Source of the DNA: Spongospora subterranea f. sp. subterranea
Taxonomy: Eukaryota
Direction of reading: 5' to 3'
NCBI GenBank assembly: GCA_049724395.1
Contig: JAUGWO010000012.1
Coordinates: forward strand, 62,001 to 126,000
DNA length: 64,000 bases
Of the stretch, positions 12,435 through 25,590 are shown one piece after another; the first letter of the stretch is position 1, and the number at the start of each line of letters is the position of its first letter. The notes below the pieces were generated by a model. It was not told the DNA's origin and did no database searches. It saw only the letters and a list, made by a program, of their open reading frames with translations. The position numbers and the translations under genes are program-made.

Positions 12435-15163
12435 ATGGCAATATCCGGTGATGGTGTCCCATCAACAACAGGTGGTGATCAATCCTATATCGTCTCCATC
12501 ATTCGTCAGGCGTCATCCATCTACACCCAATACGACCTCGTTCAACAGCACATGTCGCCCGATTCCTTCATGCCCGACTCTCTAAATCCGGCCGTTCGTT
12601 CCCTTATCGAGGCTGTGCACGAGCTGAGACCCGTCCTCAGCTCTGTTTGCCGACAGTTCTATCTTGACAACGCCGGAACCGCCATCCGACAGGATTGTGC
12701 CATATACACGATCGTGATCTACCTGCTCTTATTCCGTTTAGGTCAGGCACTACGACCCGATCCCATAATCGCCATTCTCGCCACCGTCCATGTCAATCCG
12801 GTCAAGATGGCGCTTCTTGGAAAATTCGTTTGCCTTGGCGACCTCGATGGGAGAGGAAAACTTGCGTCTTTGCTATCTCGCCATTTTGACTATTCACACG
12901 TCAACGAAGAGATTTTAAAGCCACTGCGTCGTTGGCAATCGCATTTCCGAGAATGGATTGAGGACGCAATGAGATTACCAAGCGTCGATAAAACAACATC
13001 GACGCTTCGTAAACGCATCACGAAGACGAAAGCGTTTGCGTTATCGGGTGGAGATATCCCTCCGATGTGTAATATCGACCATGAATTGATAGATACTCGA
13101 TGTGGAAAACGCAGTATGTTATTCAACAAATGGTTTGGCCCACGCCTTGAAATGATTGAACGAGAGAAGGACCAGCGCCGCAGAGAGATGTTAATGAAAG
13201 TTACGAATCGCAACAAAAAGGCCCATGAATCGGCTCCCTCATTAAGGGTTTCCCGAAAAGTAAACCATTCTGTCCCAGAATGCATTCCAAGTGCTCTGGT
13301 AAAACTGATGTGTGCTTTCCCCAATAATACGAACAAGTTGTCCAATTCCTTTGTTCTCGTTATCAGGTGATGTATCATCCTGTTCCAGTCAGTCGTGAAC
13401 CACCACCACAAACGAATCTGGTGTCGCTCGGCACTCTTGCGCGAGCATTCCTTGTTCCAGCAATCCCAGCAGCGGCTGAATATGGCGTTAAAAACCTATG
13501 AGATCGATCGACTCGATGATCGCCCCTATCAGGTCTCTGCTGCAATCGAGTTAACTCTGTGTGTTTAACAATTTTTACAGGTCTGGCGAGAGCAATGTGA
13601 AGCGCATGATCAGCAAAAGCGCAAGGACTTGATTTTGGAGCGAAAACGTGACCAGCTGCAGCAACGTCAAGCGTTGCGCCAATCCCTGGCCGTATCGTTC
13701 CATGACAAACAACAGATGGCTCGATCCATCGATGAGCAACAGCAGCGTCTGCTTGAAGCGCGCCGAGAACATGATCAGATCGCGAGCGATATCCGCCGTC
13801 GTGTTGTCGCGAGCGTGCGAGCTGGCCGACGCCATGGCCCAAATAACAGTCCTGGCGCTAGTTATTCGACAGCGATGCATGACGGCACAACGTGTAACGA
13901 TACCGATGGTCGAGCACATTCGGCTGACGGATCATCATTATCGCATGTGCGCCGTCAGAAGGCGGCCATGACCGAAAAGCGCCTCGCCGAGTGTCGCGAC
14001 ATTGTTCGTCGCGTTCGCTCTATGGAGGTGTCAGCTAGGGACAAGTAAAGTCCAACGGGCTATCCGGGTTGCTGATCGCCGATTGACCGTTCTGTTTATG
14101 GATTAGTGTCGCGTCGTGCCGGCATACGTTCGACCCATCGACAACTGCTGGGTTTCTGTTATTATCGGAGATGTCTTTATACGAAACCCGACTGCGGGGA
14201 CAGAATAAGAGGGAAGATGATCAGCGACACTTTCAGGTCGGGACTGCATGGTTCGGTTGTCGATTTTCAGATAAACTGAGGAAGCAAATGATGCTGCATA
14301 TATAGGAAAAGCGAGATCTGGTTGCTGAACAGCGTAGAATTCAAGGCCAAAGAATGAAAGCAATAACAGGATCTGTTCTAGCAACACGTGAGAAGAGAGC
14401 GGCAGACAGTTTTGGGCGGATTCAAGACAAAAGAGCAGCACGATACCATGCCAGCGATCAGAGATGGGTTCAGGAAAATCAAGTATGGCGTCGCATGATT
14501 TATTGGCAACTCTTTAGAGCAATCTTATTACTGATTAGACATTTGTTGATTGCACTCACCACCGTGTCGAACGTGATGCAGCTAGAGCTGACCGACTACG
14601 TTTGAATCGTTCGCCGGGGCTGATGACCCAACAGCAACACGACGATTCCGTTGAGCACGAACGGCGTAGCCAGCGCATGATAGGATACGGCGAAGTATAA
14701 TTAGAATACTGGTTTGTTTGCCATATCGATTGAGCTCGCTGATTCATAGGATGCTGCCGAAAGGTCGATGAATGTTAATCAACGGAACAAGATGGTCGGT
14801 ATCTCCACATTCAAAAAGGCATGTATCATTGACGCCATCCAGAATTGGCTCTACTCTAATGATTTAAACCAATTTTCGGGAATGGTGTAGATTCAACGAC
14901 AAGAGCTGCTTGAACGAGACCAAGTTTGTGCCAAGAAAACAGCCGAAACATTGCTGATTCGCTCGAAAGTCGATAACGAGTACGTTTACCAACTTCTTTG
15001 TCTGATTACTCCTCACCAATGTTTCAGTCTGTTGAGTTCAAAATTTCGGTGCAACCAGCAGAAGATGAAGAAAAAACAAGCGAAAGCGGCGATGGTTGTC
15101 AGGATTCAGAGCCACGAAAACAGAAGGACACAGCCCGAACAAAAAATCAGTAGTAGCAATTAG
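12435..15163 (+). CDS. CFAP99: cilia/flagella-associated protein, CFAP99-like, multi-exon
   Basis: N-terminal FY..NAG..IRQD..IY..YLLLFRL..HFDYSHVNEEILKPLRRW pattern followed by long coiled-coil exons; last exon ends at TAG 15163. Confidence 0.65.
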
Positions 15164-15684
15164 ATTGTCGAATTATACGTTAATCTGTTAAACGCATCGG
15201 CGAAGAATCCCTTTTAAAACATAGAAATAACTATTCCGACAAGAGCAATTTTAGTTTGTTGATGTGTTCGACATTCACGCCCCTAGCCAAATGGTCAATT
15301 ATGTGCAAGACGCTCCAATACGCGTTGTTTGCGTACTTAACTCTGTCATTCTCTTTTATGGCTGCATGAGGCAAAGGGAAGCGTCTTCCAAAGGGCTCAG
15401 ATCATTGTTAGATTGAGCAGACCAAACCCTTTACAAAGGGCAGGAAACCCGGGAAACGGCACCCAGTTGATGCGCTTTGGTGTCTGAATGAACATGGTGA
15501 TGAGGGATGTAATAATCACAACCACAGTGATCCATCTGCAGAATGTGTCACTTTCCATGGCTGGTACACCTGCATCAAACCGTAGAGGACCAGTTGCTAT
15601 GCACTGCTAGCACCGTCAGTTACGTATATTGAAAAACAACACAGACAGGTCCCTGTCATGCAGCATGCCCCCTTTGAATTTTAT

Positions 15685-16533
15685 TAACGGGCATGTAATG
15701 CATGCTGCACTACAGTAATGTCATTTAACGGGCATGTTGCATTACAAGTAATGTCATTAATGCTGCACTACAGTAATGTCATTTAACGGGCATGTTGCAT
15801 TACAAGTAATGTCATTAATGCTGCACTACAGTAATGTCATTTAACGGGCATGTTGCATTACAAGTAATGTCATTTAACGGGCATGTTGCATTACAAGTAA
15901 TGTCATTAATGCTGCACTACAGTAATGTCATTTAACGGGCATGTTGCATTACAAGTAATGTCATGTAATTAATGCTGCACTACAGTAATGTCATTTAACG
16001 GGCATGTTGCATTACAAGTTGTCATTAATGCTGCACTACAGTAATGTCATTTAACGGGCATGTTGCATTACAAGTAATGTCATTAATGCTGCACTACAGT
16101 AATGTCATTTAACGGGCATGTTGCATTACAAGTAATGTCATTAATGCTGCACTACAGTAATGTCATTTAACGGGCATGTTGCATTACAAGTAATGTCATT
16201 AATGCTGCACTACAGTAATGTCATTTAACGGGCATGTTGCATTACAAGTAATGTAACTACAGTAATGTCATTTGCATGTTGCATTACAAGTAATGTCATT
16301 AACGCACTACAGGCATTTAACGGGCATGTTGCATTACAAGTAATGTCATTAATGCTGCACTACAGTAATGTCATTTAACGGGCATGTTGCATTACAAGTA
16401 ATGTCATTAATGCTGCACTACAGTAATGTCATTTAACGGGCATGTTGCATTACAACTAATGTCATTAATGCTGCACTACAGTAATGTCATTTAACGGGCA
16501 CGTTGCATTACACAGCATGCCCGTTAGATGACA
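15685..16533. repeat. 58-bp tandem repeat array, about 14 units
   Basis: Unit atgctgcactacagtaatgtcatttaacgggcatgttgcattacaagtaatgtcatta; copies start at 15702, 15760, 15818 and so on. Confidence 0.97.
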
Positions 16534-16636
16534 TACCACATGACATGTTTGAACAATTTTAACCCGAACTTGCGGAAGGTACTGAAACGATTGCGTCAGA
16601 AGGGACCTGTAATCCATAGTTTTAGTGCGTGGTGAT

Positions 16637-18467
16637 ATGGTGGAACTGATCGTCGACGGTCATGATATTGGCGAATTCAAGAGCTGGCTCAGGGCTAGCG
16701 ACTTTATTGTCCTAAACGGGATCTTCTCTGGTCATGGAGGGCCGCCGGGTAATTCGGGAATGGAAACTCCCGTCGCCGCTCTATGTCGACTAGCGAATGT
16801 CGCTTCCCGATATCAGCTATTGCAGCTGGGGATATGCATTGTTAATCGTCGCGACGACGATTCATTATGTGTTCGTCCATTTACGATCGACGTGTTCCCG
16901 GCCGATTTCAAATTGACGGATAGAATGCTGTTGACAAAGTCACTGTTTGAGTGCGATGCTGATCATATGAAAGCGTTATCGGATTCGAACTTTGACTTCA
17001 ATCGGGTATTCTCAAACGGAATGAATTGGCTCAGCCCTTTGGACGAGGTCTGTCAGGCGATGTCTCAAACTACTCAACTAAATTTTTGAACAAAACTGTT
17101 TCCTTAGGCGGCAATCAACGAAGGTCTGAAACGCAAACGAACGGTGAAGGAAGCGTCAATTGACGACAAAAGATCGATCAAACCGAACACCCAACACGAC
17201 GCCGTCAGTCATATGTATCAGAACCCCTTTGTTTAACTTAGCAAATCCTTTATAGCTGTTCGTCAAATCCGTTGATACCGCGCTGCGCTCGTACAGCGTT
17301 AGCAGTTCCGCTAGTGCAGCGGTCAATGCCGGAAGGTCAGCCTTGAACAGCAGTTAAGAGTATCAGAGTTCTTCTGGCTGTATCCACTTTGTTGACTATC
17401 GTACAGTTGCTGTCCCAGATACGTTAGTTACGTTTTCCATATCACCCGATGGCGTCTTTTTGATCAACCCTGGAAATGCATTTCTGCGACGTTTATTGTA
17501 TCAGTCAATTGAAGGTGCTTGCTCTGTTTCAATTTTCTCGCCTCCATTTATATTACTGCTTATGATATACTAATTATTTGCAGCGTTTCCGCTTTTGAAA
17601 TCTCGCAAATACGCTACTGAGGATAATCGACGTCCGGCTGTCGCGATATTACAATGTCCGCAATCGAATGACCCAGATCTTGATCCTCAACAAGTTCTTC
17701 GACGTCGTCTACTACAAGAGTTGGATGATGTGGATTCTGCCAACGCTACGGCAATTGATTTCCAAGTTGGGCTGCGTTATGTTGTTGAAGAAATTGTTGC
17801 GGCGCAAAAACCGGTACAGGAATCGACCTTTCGAACTGTGTCGCTTTATATAAGTCGAGTTATTCAGATATTTGGTGAACGGTTACTGGAGATTTTGCTT
17901 CATTTTGAACTGATTTTGACTGGCCGCCTGCCTGATACCTTCAATGATCTTAAGGATAATCTCTCATGTCGTTGGTCTTCTGTATCTTGCCATGACCTCA
18001 GCCGCGATTCCGTTCGGGCAGCCGCTCTGGTTTACGAGCCGCAATTTGAAAAATATTCCAGACCTTTGGCGACTCTTGAAGCAGGGGCTACCGCACTGGA
18101 CCTAATTAGAAAAATCGACCTATCTCGATGTTACAAAGACTCGGTGCTTTGCATTCCGGGTTCGTTTGCACTGATCGACCTCAACGGTGGACGAGATGGG
18201 TTTTCTGAAGACGTCATTTCAGTCTTAGTCGTAGAGGCTGATCTTGACCAATGTACGATTTCGGGATTGAACTCGCTAGAAATACTGCATCGAGATACGA
18301 AGACGGCCATGTTCAGGGCCTCGGATGAGCGTCAAGCTCGAGCCTGGGTCTCCCGCATGATTCAAGACGGTAGATCTGCTTTCATGCTCGTGGATCGCAT
18401 GCAGGCGAACAAGAACGCCATCATATCGCTAACTGGACCATACAAACGGCCCCGGGAAAGTGATTAA
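16637..18467 (+). CDS. PARN/CAF1-family protein with degenerate active site, multi-exon
   Basis: SDFIVLNGIFSG, YQLLQLGIC, PFTIDVFP, NFDFNRVFSNGMNWL, VGLRYVVEEIVAAQKP and LPDTFNDLK align with PARN blocks. Confidence 0.8.
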
Positions 18468-20200
18468 GGCTGGCGGCTTGATACTTAATATAGAACACGT
18501 TTGTATGTAACTCGATCTAAACCTTTTTTACCACAAAGTTCAATATCGGTGGATGTTTGATTATATTGGTAGCAGCATGACCCTCTGTTTCATTCTCAAA
18601 AATCTGATCAGAACGTGATGAGAAACCTTCGACGAAGTGAAAAAGCTTTTAGTGCCCAGAAATTAAATCGAAAAGCCTCCTTGCTTTGTTGTGCTTCTGA
18701 TAGACATTAGTCGACTATCAACAACTAGGACAGATTGTTAGATATGTCGATTGAAAGTGAGTACACTCAATGCTGACGGGAAAATCAGATTGATACAGTT
18801 ATAAACCAATCAGGAAGCTGAAACAGACAGATTGCTTGTACAGTAATACCAAATGATGTCCAGATAGAACAAGTGGAATCGTTTGGGAGTCTCTTTCGCC
18901 TATTTGTTCAAAAAATGGAGGAAAAATGACCGTAATCCCACGCAGTTTTTGATACCGGACCGGACAATTTCAAAACTAGTTTACAGTGCCACACTTATTT
19001 ATTTCTAGCCGCCTTTGATCGAATAGGTGACTAGAAGATCAAAGGATCCCTGGTGGAGCAGGGGAGGGTCTCATGTTTTTCAGTATTCATAACGATCTAA
19101 GTGAATTGTGCATGTTGAAGACTCGATGGATATTCAAGCTGAGCGCACGCTGGTTGTTTAAGGGCAGCGTTCATCATGGGGTTCACCCTACATGAGTCGA
19201 TACAATCTACACCACTTCCAACCGCTCCAATCATTGACGATCCTTTTCAATCGCTCCTGGGGATTCTGAATATGTTCCCGACAACCCACAAATGTGATCG
19301 GTCAACTGTTGATAGAATCAAAACAGCCATCGCAGAATATCATGCATATTGCTAGAATTGAATTGAAAACATTCAAAGGTATGTACTGTAACTTTTGAAA
19401 ATTTGAGAAGGAGAAATTTTGAAGTTTATCCACAAGCCCGTTCGCCTTGCAAGCATCTTTCAAAACAAGTGCAGTATTCACATACTTTTACACAACTTGA
19501 CGTGACGAAAAGCATCTAGATTATGGGAGAAACCTATCCATTTTCATTGAGCTTACCAAAGTAAAGAAACATTGGTCACGAACAGGAAAAATTTTCTGGA
19601 AGGTTCGGTCAAATCTGAAACATCCTCGCAAATATAGGACTCGAACCCTGACAAACCATAACAAAAAAGGATGACATCTGGACAACGAACCGGCGTTCAA
19701 ACGAGCAGCAAAACTTAATCAAATAACGTCAAATTTTCTTGATGTCAAAGTCACAACACACAAACTTGTACCGTACTGGAGACGATAACTTATGCCTCCG
19801 AGAAGGCACCAAGGGCAGTTCAAAGAATTTGATCATCCGGAAAACTGGTTTTCAACTGCAGCAATATCGGCCGACTTTGGGCCGATGCCATCGGAACAGT
19901 TGAAAGAGCTGTACTTATTGCTCGGAAACTCGATCTACGCTGTTGATGCCGAGCTACTTTTCAGGCGTCTCTGTAAGCACCAACACGGTCCTCGCAACCG
20001 CGAATACACAACAGCGAAATGATCCCAAATCAAAACCCGAAAAATCACCAAAACCCGCTCCATTAGGTTTGTGCACAAAATTATCAAACCCTTGCATTCG
20101 TCACTCGAGCTAAGCTTCGCCTCGTAAGCCGTAGAGCAACATCGGTCATCTTAACATGAACGCTACGTGACGGGAGTAAATACTATTGTCTGATGCTGGT

Positions 20201-21703
20201 TTAGAAATCTTCATCAACGGTAAATGTTCTCTGGGAAGAATGACTGTCCATGACGCCAGCGCGCTGATAATCGGCCACCCGGCGCTCAAAAACGTTGGAT
20301 TTGCCCTGCAGACTGATGAGGTCCATCCATTCGAACGGATTCTCGGCGTTGTAGAACTTGTCGACGCCCAACTCAACCAATAATCGATCGGCCACGAACT
20401 CGATATATTGACCCATCAGCGACGCGTTCATCCCAATCAAGCCCACAGGTAAACTGTCGCGAACGAACTCCTTTTCCAGCGCGACCGCATCCGTAATTAT
20501 GGCAACGACCTATTTCAACCGCGTTATTTGAATATTGAACCATGTTTTGAACAGAAATGAAATCAAAGAACGAATTTTGTTTCAACGTAAAAACGATTGT
20601 TGAAGCAGGAAAGAAAATTCACTGGATTTTGGTGAACAATGTGTGTTGACCGTTTCCTCGCTAGGCCTATTATGGAGCATTGAGAATAACAGACAGGCGA
20701 ATAATGTATGGAGTCCTTCGTCCCGAGAGATCAGCTCATTACTGAACGATAGGCCCGGCATTAAGCCGCGCTTCTTCAACCAGAAAATCGAGCAGAATGA
20801 CCCGCTGAACAGGATTCCTTCGATGGCCGCGAAAGCAACCAATCTCGTCCCTAGCGTGAATTCACGTCAGCACATTAGTAGTGACGTCTTGTTTGAGATC
20901 ATTGAAAAAAATATATTGTTTTCGCCAATGCATGACCAAACGCCATAAACAAAAACCGCGGTTTTCAGCCAGCTCATTCCGACTTTTTGCGATTTGTTCT
21001 GGGGGGTTTCGAGGAAGAAAACTTGAATACGAAAAAATTGTTCACTCATGATCGAGAGTTACCGAATGACGAATCATTCCCAATCCATTTCAGAGCCCAT
21101 TCCGCTTTCCTTTTCACGCATGGAATGGTTTGAATCGCGTTTAGCAGTCGATCCTTCTCTGCTGGGTCCTTGATATACGAATCGATCAGCAGCGCGTAAC
21201 TGAAAAACATTTCAGTTCGATGCTAACGTTGGGTCGTCGCGATGACGCTCGTGTTACGTTTCCGAATGGATATTCTCCATGGCGATCTGGAATCCATAGA
21301 AGCATCTGGCTTCGGCCCATTGCACTTCAGTTAGAAATCGACCGGCCAGATTCTCTATTACGATCCCATCACTGAACAGGACACATCGTTTAGGGCGTGT
21401 CAATCACTCAGAATATTCAGAGCTGTCAACCTGGCCGCGAAGAACGCCAATACCAATTTGATGAAGTGCTGTTCGTTACGGGTTAGGGACGCCCAATCTC
21501 TCGAGTCCTGAAATACTGTTGAGGGCACTGGGGGATCCTGTCAGATTACCAGAAGGGTCGAAGACCTGAGATAGATTGATCTCGGCTGCGGTCCAAAATG
21601 ACGCCAAATGCATTTTGTACATGTTCCATATGGCGGGGTACCTGATCGGGAACAACACGAACCGTTCCGGGTTCGGAACCAGCATTGGCTCATCGACAGA
21701 CAT
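20201..21703 (-). CDS. RRM2: ribonucleotide reductase small subunit (class Ia beta), multi-exon
   Basis: [58 protein letters not shown]-terminal FTVDEDF. Confidence 0.97.
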
Positions 21704-21905
21704 TTACTCGATAATTCCTTCTTTGTTAATGGGCATCGTCCACCAACCAAAGGGCAACAGCAGCAAATACGCACCATTTCCCTGATTGTCTATACTCTGG
21801 GTTCCGCTTTCCAGATTCGCAATACCATGGCGAATTTTCTGCAGCGTAGTATGGTAGATCACAAGGAATTCAATTTGGATATGGGAATACATTATATTGA
21901 TGGGT

Positions 21906-22579
21906 TTAGCTTGTCTTGAGTGCATATCTATAAGGAGCCGGCCGAGCAATGGTTCGGTATATAATGGCCAATGGTACAATAATCCATGGAAGATTGACCA
22001 TGAGCACGACCAAGCTATAGTGGCTCCGAAGCTGCTCCGATAACTGGAAGAGTGTGCAAGTTAATGTTAGAACCGCATCCATTGTCACCATGAAGGTGGA
22101 TAGAGGACGGTTGATAAGCGCCATCCAACAGCCGACAGCATAAAGTGGCATGGCGATAAACAGATTGAACATTCTAGTGAAGATGGAATCAATCGTGATT
22201 CCATGGACAAAATGTGAACAATACCCGATACGCACAGCCCATCCAGGCCTTCTTAAGCTCCAAGGGGAATAATAAACTCCATAATAAACCAATAGGTCGA
22301 TAACTGCTCGAGGAGGCCAGTTTGGATACGGCGAACGAGCTTTCAATAAATTCGACGCTTGCGTGATAGACGTAACATCCGGTCCAACCAATGTAAATAA
22401 AATGTTGAAAAAATACCAAGAAGCAATCCTACTGATAGTATGAGCTAACAAACCGGCTCACATTCGGGCCTTCAATTTTACCCTATTTCATCAATATTTA
22501 GGACAGTGTGGCGAGCCAGTTTCATCGTCGCTGTGATTGCGGCGATTGGCCCATTCCAAGATTGCTTCTCGATCGGCAT
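21906..22579 (-). CDS. EXPERA/EBP-like multi-pass membrane protein
   Basis: Hydrophobic helices, WPPR..YYG..P.W and VNLPWIIVP..IYR motifs; ATG at 22579 is inferred. Confidence 0.5.
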
Positions 22580-22845
22580 TCTGAAACCTGACACTGCACT
22601 GTGGTTAAAGTTGTGACCTGGTCATTAACCAATAATAAGCATAGGTCATAGGGGTGTCATAGGTGTCTAGAATGGTGCCGTTGTCCCTACGAGAATCAAC
22701 CAGTTGTTCGTCACACACTTTATCAACCTACTGCACGCGTTTCCCCATATCTCTCGACTCCACAATTTCTCAGATTCGAGATGACTTCCCTTCCCCTCCC
22801 CTCTTGTCGATTCTCGTTTAACTTTTATATATTTGTATCAGAATT

Positions 22846-24710
22846 TCAGACCACAGTCATGATACGATCTTGTTCTGATCTTATCAATTTCCTGGCTTGT
22901 ATACTGGTTAGATAGTGAACATCGACTGTCTGTCCTGTTGTTGTGAGCTCTGCAATCACAATCTCTTCCATTTCTAGGTTTACCAACCGTCCAGGTTGTC
23001 GTCTTCCAACTACGGGTACGTCGAACCCAAATAAATCAATAATCATCATCGAGGTGCCAACCGCAACGAGAGTGGCCAAGACCCCTTCGGCAGACACAGT
23101 GCCATTGTACGAATACAATGGAAGTACTGACACAACTGGTACCATAATTCCGAGTCGTGATATCCAAACCCAGACATGTCGTTTCGGAAAATTATGGACT
23201 AGCCGAATAGCATTTAGGCCAAAAAGAGCCCCAGAATAGGAACATATAAGAAGAATCGGGGCAGTCCAGGCGTATCCACCAACTTTCATGATCAAGACCG
23301 ACGAGAATCAGACGAATAGCTACCGCCATCGCGATTAATGGAATACCAATTATCAAATGCATCCAAATATACATACGGCCTGAGGGAAATGTGAAGCTGA
23401 ATTTGAGATACAAGATAATGATTAAGCTTTACCTCTGATTCTGGAGGATCGCATTGCGTGTTCCGACGGATGAGCTGGCTGGCAATCGTGATCTATAAAC
23501 GTAATGTTCAGCCGCGATAATAAAAAATCCTGATGATAAGTCTGTACAAAGCTTTTTGATAGTGAAGCAAAGAGCGAATCCCAGCATGGCAATGACGAAA
23601 TGCCTTTTCACTTGAGCGTGCGGAAGTGGTGATGAGAGAATCATTTGCACCGTTTCGCCGACGTAGATGAGCACGAGGGTTCCCTGTCTTGCAGCCACAT
23701 GATGCACATTCAACGGCAGACGCGAGTAATGAAGCAGTCCCGGAACGACTGAAATTCCAAACCAAAATAAAGCTGCATTCATCACCCAAATCACGATAAT
23801 TATTATATTTCCTGAAAAGATAGCGCTCATAGTCCAGGATAAAGCTTGAAGGGTAGTAGCCGCCAGAATCACACCTGTTAGTGGGACCCTATTGAACGTG
23901 ATGCTTGTCCTTAAGGTAGCACATGCAAAAAATCGGGCGATCTTACGGTCGTTTATTTTCTGAAAGGATGACGATGGGCAGATACATTAGAAATAAGCCG
24001 ATTCTGGAGATGATGATGCTTATAGAAAACCAGCGGTATGTGATCAATCCATCCTTCATGAAAATTGACATCAACACGATGGATAAGATATAAATATATA
24101 ACGCCAACGAAATGTAAACATCTCCAAAAACCCGGAATCGTGTAAAAACTGTTCAATACACTGCTAGATTAGACATAAAACCTGTATGAAAAAAAAAAGA
24201 ACATTGCTCTTACAAAACGTATAGTCGCTCCATGCAAACGCGAAAGTTGAAGAGTATAACGGGAAGAGCAGCCATGACCTGCGGCCAACAACAATCGCGT
24301 CAAGCAAAAAATCTCCGATATTCACCACTGCTCCAATAAAAACCAGATCAAGGAAAAGCTCTGTACAACAGTCGAATTCATCCCTTTTCATTGACCCGAC
24401 ATTCTCACGCGTACCCCACCAATCTAAATGTTCCACGAATTGTGGGTCGCCCCAATCCTGACGCAGCTCGGGGGGGAAGATGAGGCGATTTTTGGCGCAT
24501 CTCCACTGTTGTCGCCAACCGGTTGCTGGTACAGCGCCCTGGACGTTCCCCTGAGCAAATCCATGTACGCCTCCACCTGTTGCGGCTGAAATGTTCATCA
24601 TATTGTTATGAAACGATTATAACAAGGCGACTGACGTTCACGTCTTCGTCCCCATTGACTGAGTAATGTAACTTCCTGAATTTACGTTTAAACGGCTGTC
24701 CAGAGCTCAT
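22846..24710 (-). CDS. LtrA-like (low-temperature requirement A) membrane protein, multi-exon
   Basis: ELFLDLVFIGAV, FAFAWSDYTF and PLNVHHVAARQGTLVLIYVGETV match the LtrA ELFFDLVFV and H..ER.G...I.LGE blocks; 5' end approximate. Confidence 0.75.
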
Positions 24711-25103
24711 CGCAACTGTAATCCGATGACACGCACAGGTCACCTTAGTCAGTCCAATGTTAGCGCAATTCTCATCGTCGCGAACTCTGGATTGACAGTA
24801 CAACCTAAACTGAACATGTTCCGCGAGCTCAATCGCCAGGAGGTAGGTATCATCGACCTCTTTCGGTCGGAATCTCGAAGTCTTGATATGGATTTATGAT
24901 GGGTTGAGATAACCAAATGCCTGTTTCTGATAACTGTAACTCTGTTGAGTATTCAACTTTTGCTCCTTTCGTTCAAAAAGGCAAAATACAACAGCAATTT
25001 GTAGAAGCCTGGAGAAATACTGTAAAAATTATGTGGAACCCTGTGGGTATATAAGTGCACAACTTTTCGAGCGAATGGGTGATAACCTAGCATCTAATCG
25101 GAT

Positions 25104-25590
25104 CTATTTGCCATTGGAGCAATAACGTATGTTTGTTGTAAATATGTGTTTCTTTGATAACCTCTTCTTTGTGCAATTAATGATTTCCATATTCACTGAT
25201 CCAAGATACAGATGATGCGCCATCATATGAAACCGATGATATGGGTCACCAAGGCTCGTTAGAAGAGACCAAATCATAGTGCTACAAACCCTCTGGCAGA
25301 TCCAGATAAGGTCGAAGATGGCCGTTACGGTCATCCAAAACAACACAACTATCTCCCCCGTAGCAAACATCGTCTGCTGTATTGAACCGGAGTCGATACA
25401 CTTTTGCAAATCTGAGAGCAACACACCGATGATAACCAATGCCAACAGGAAGTGCTAGCAATTGTTGAATGTCACCGACAAAAAAATCATTCAGCGCCGC
25501 TGAACCCACAATTTCTCGCTTGTGAATGGCATCTTTTGGAAGTTGTTGGGCAGAAATAATCACGCGATTCTGCGACAACGACACACTACA
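25104..25590 (-). CDS. exons of an unidentified membrane protein or gene fragment
   Basis: Hydrophobic segments HFLLALVIIGVLL and IVVLFWMTVTAIFDLIWI bounded by AG/GT. Confidence 0.3.

Noticed and set aside
15685..16533. CRISPR array
   Set aside because: Units are head-to-tail with no unique spacers, no cas genes are present, and the context is eukaryotic.
18500..20140. Decayed gene or transposon
   Set aside because: The frames I read are broken by stops and I recognised no motif or terminal repeat.
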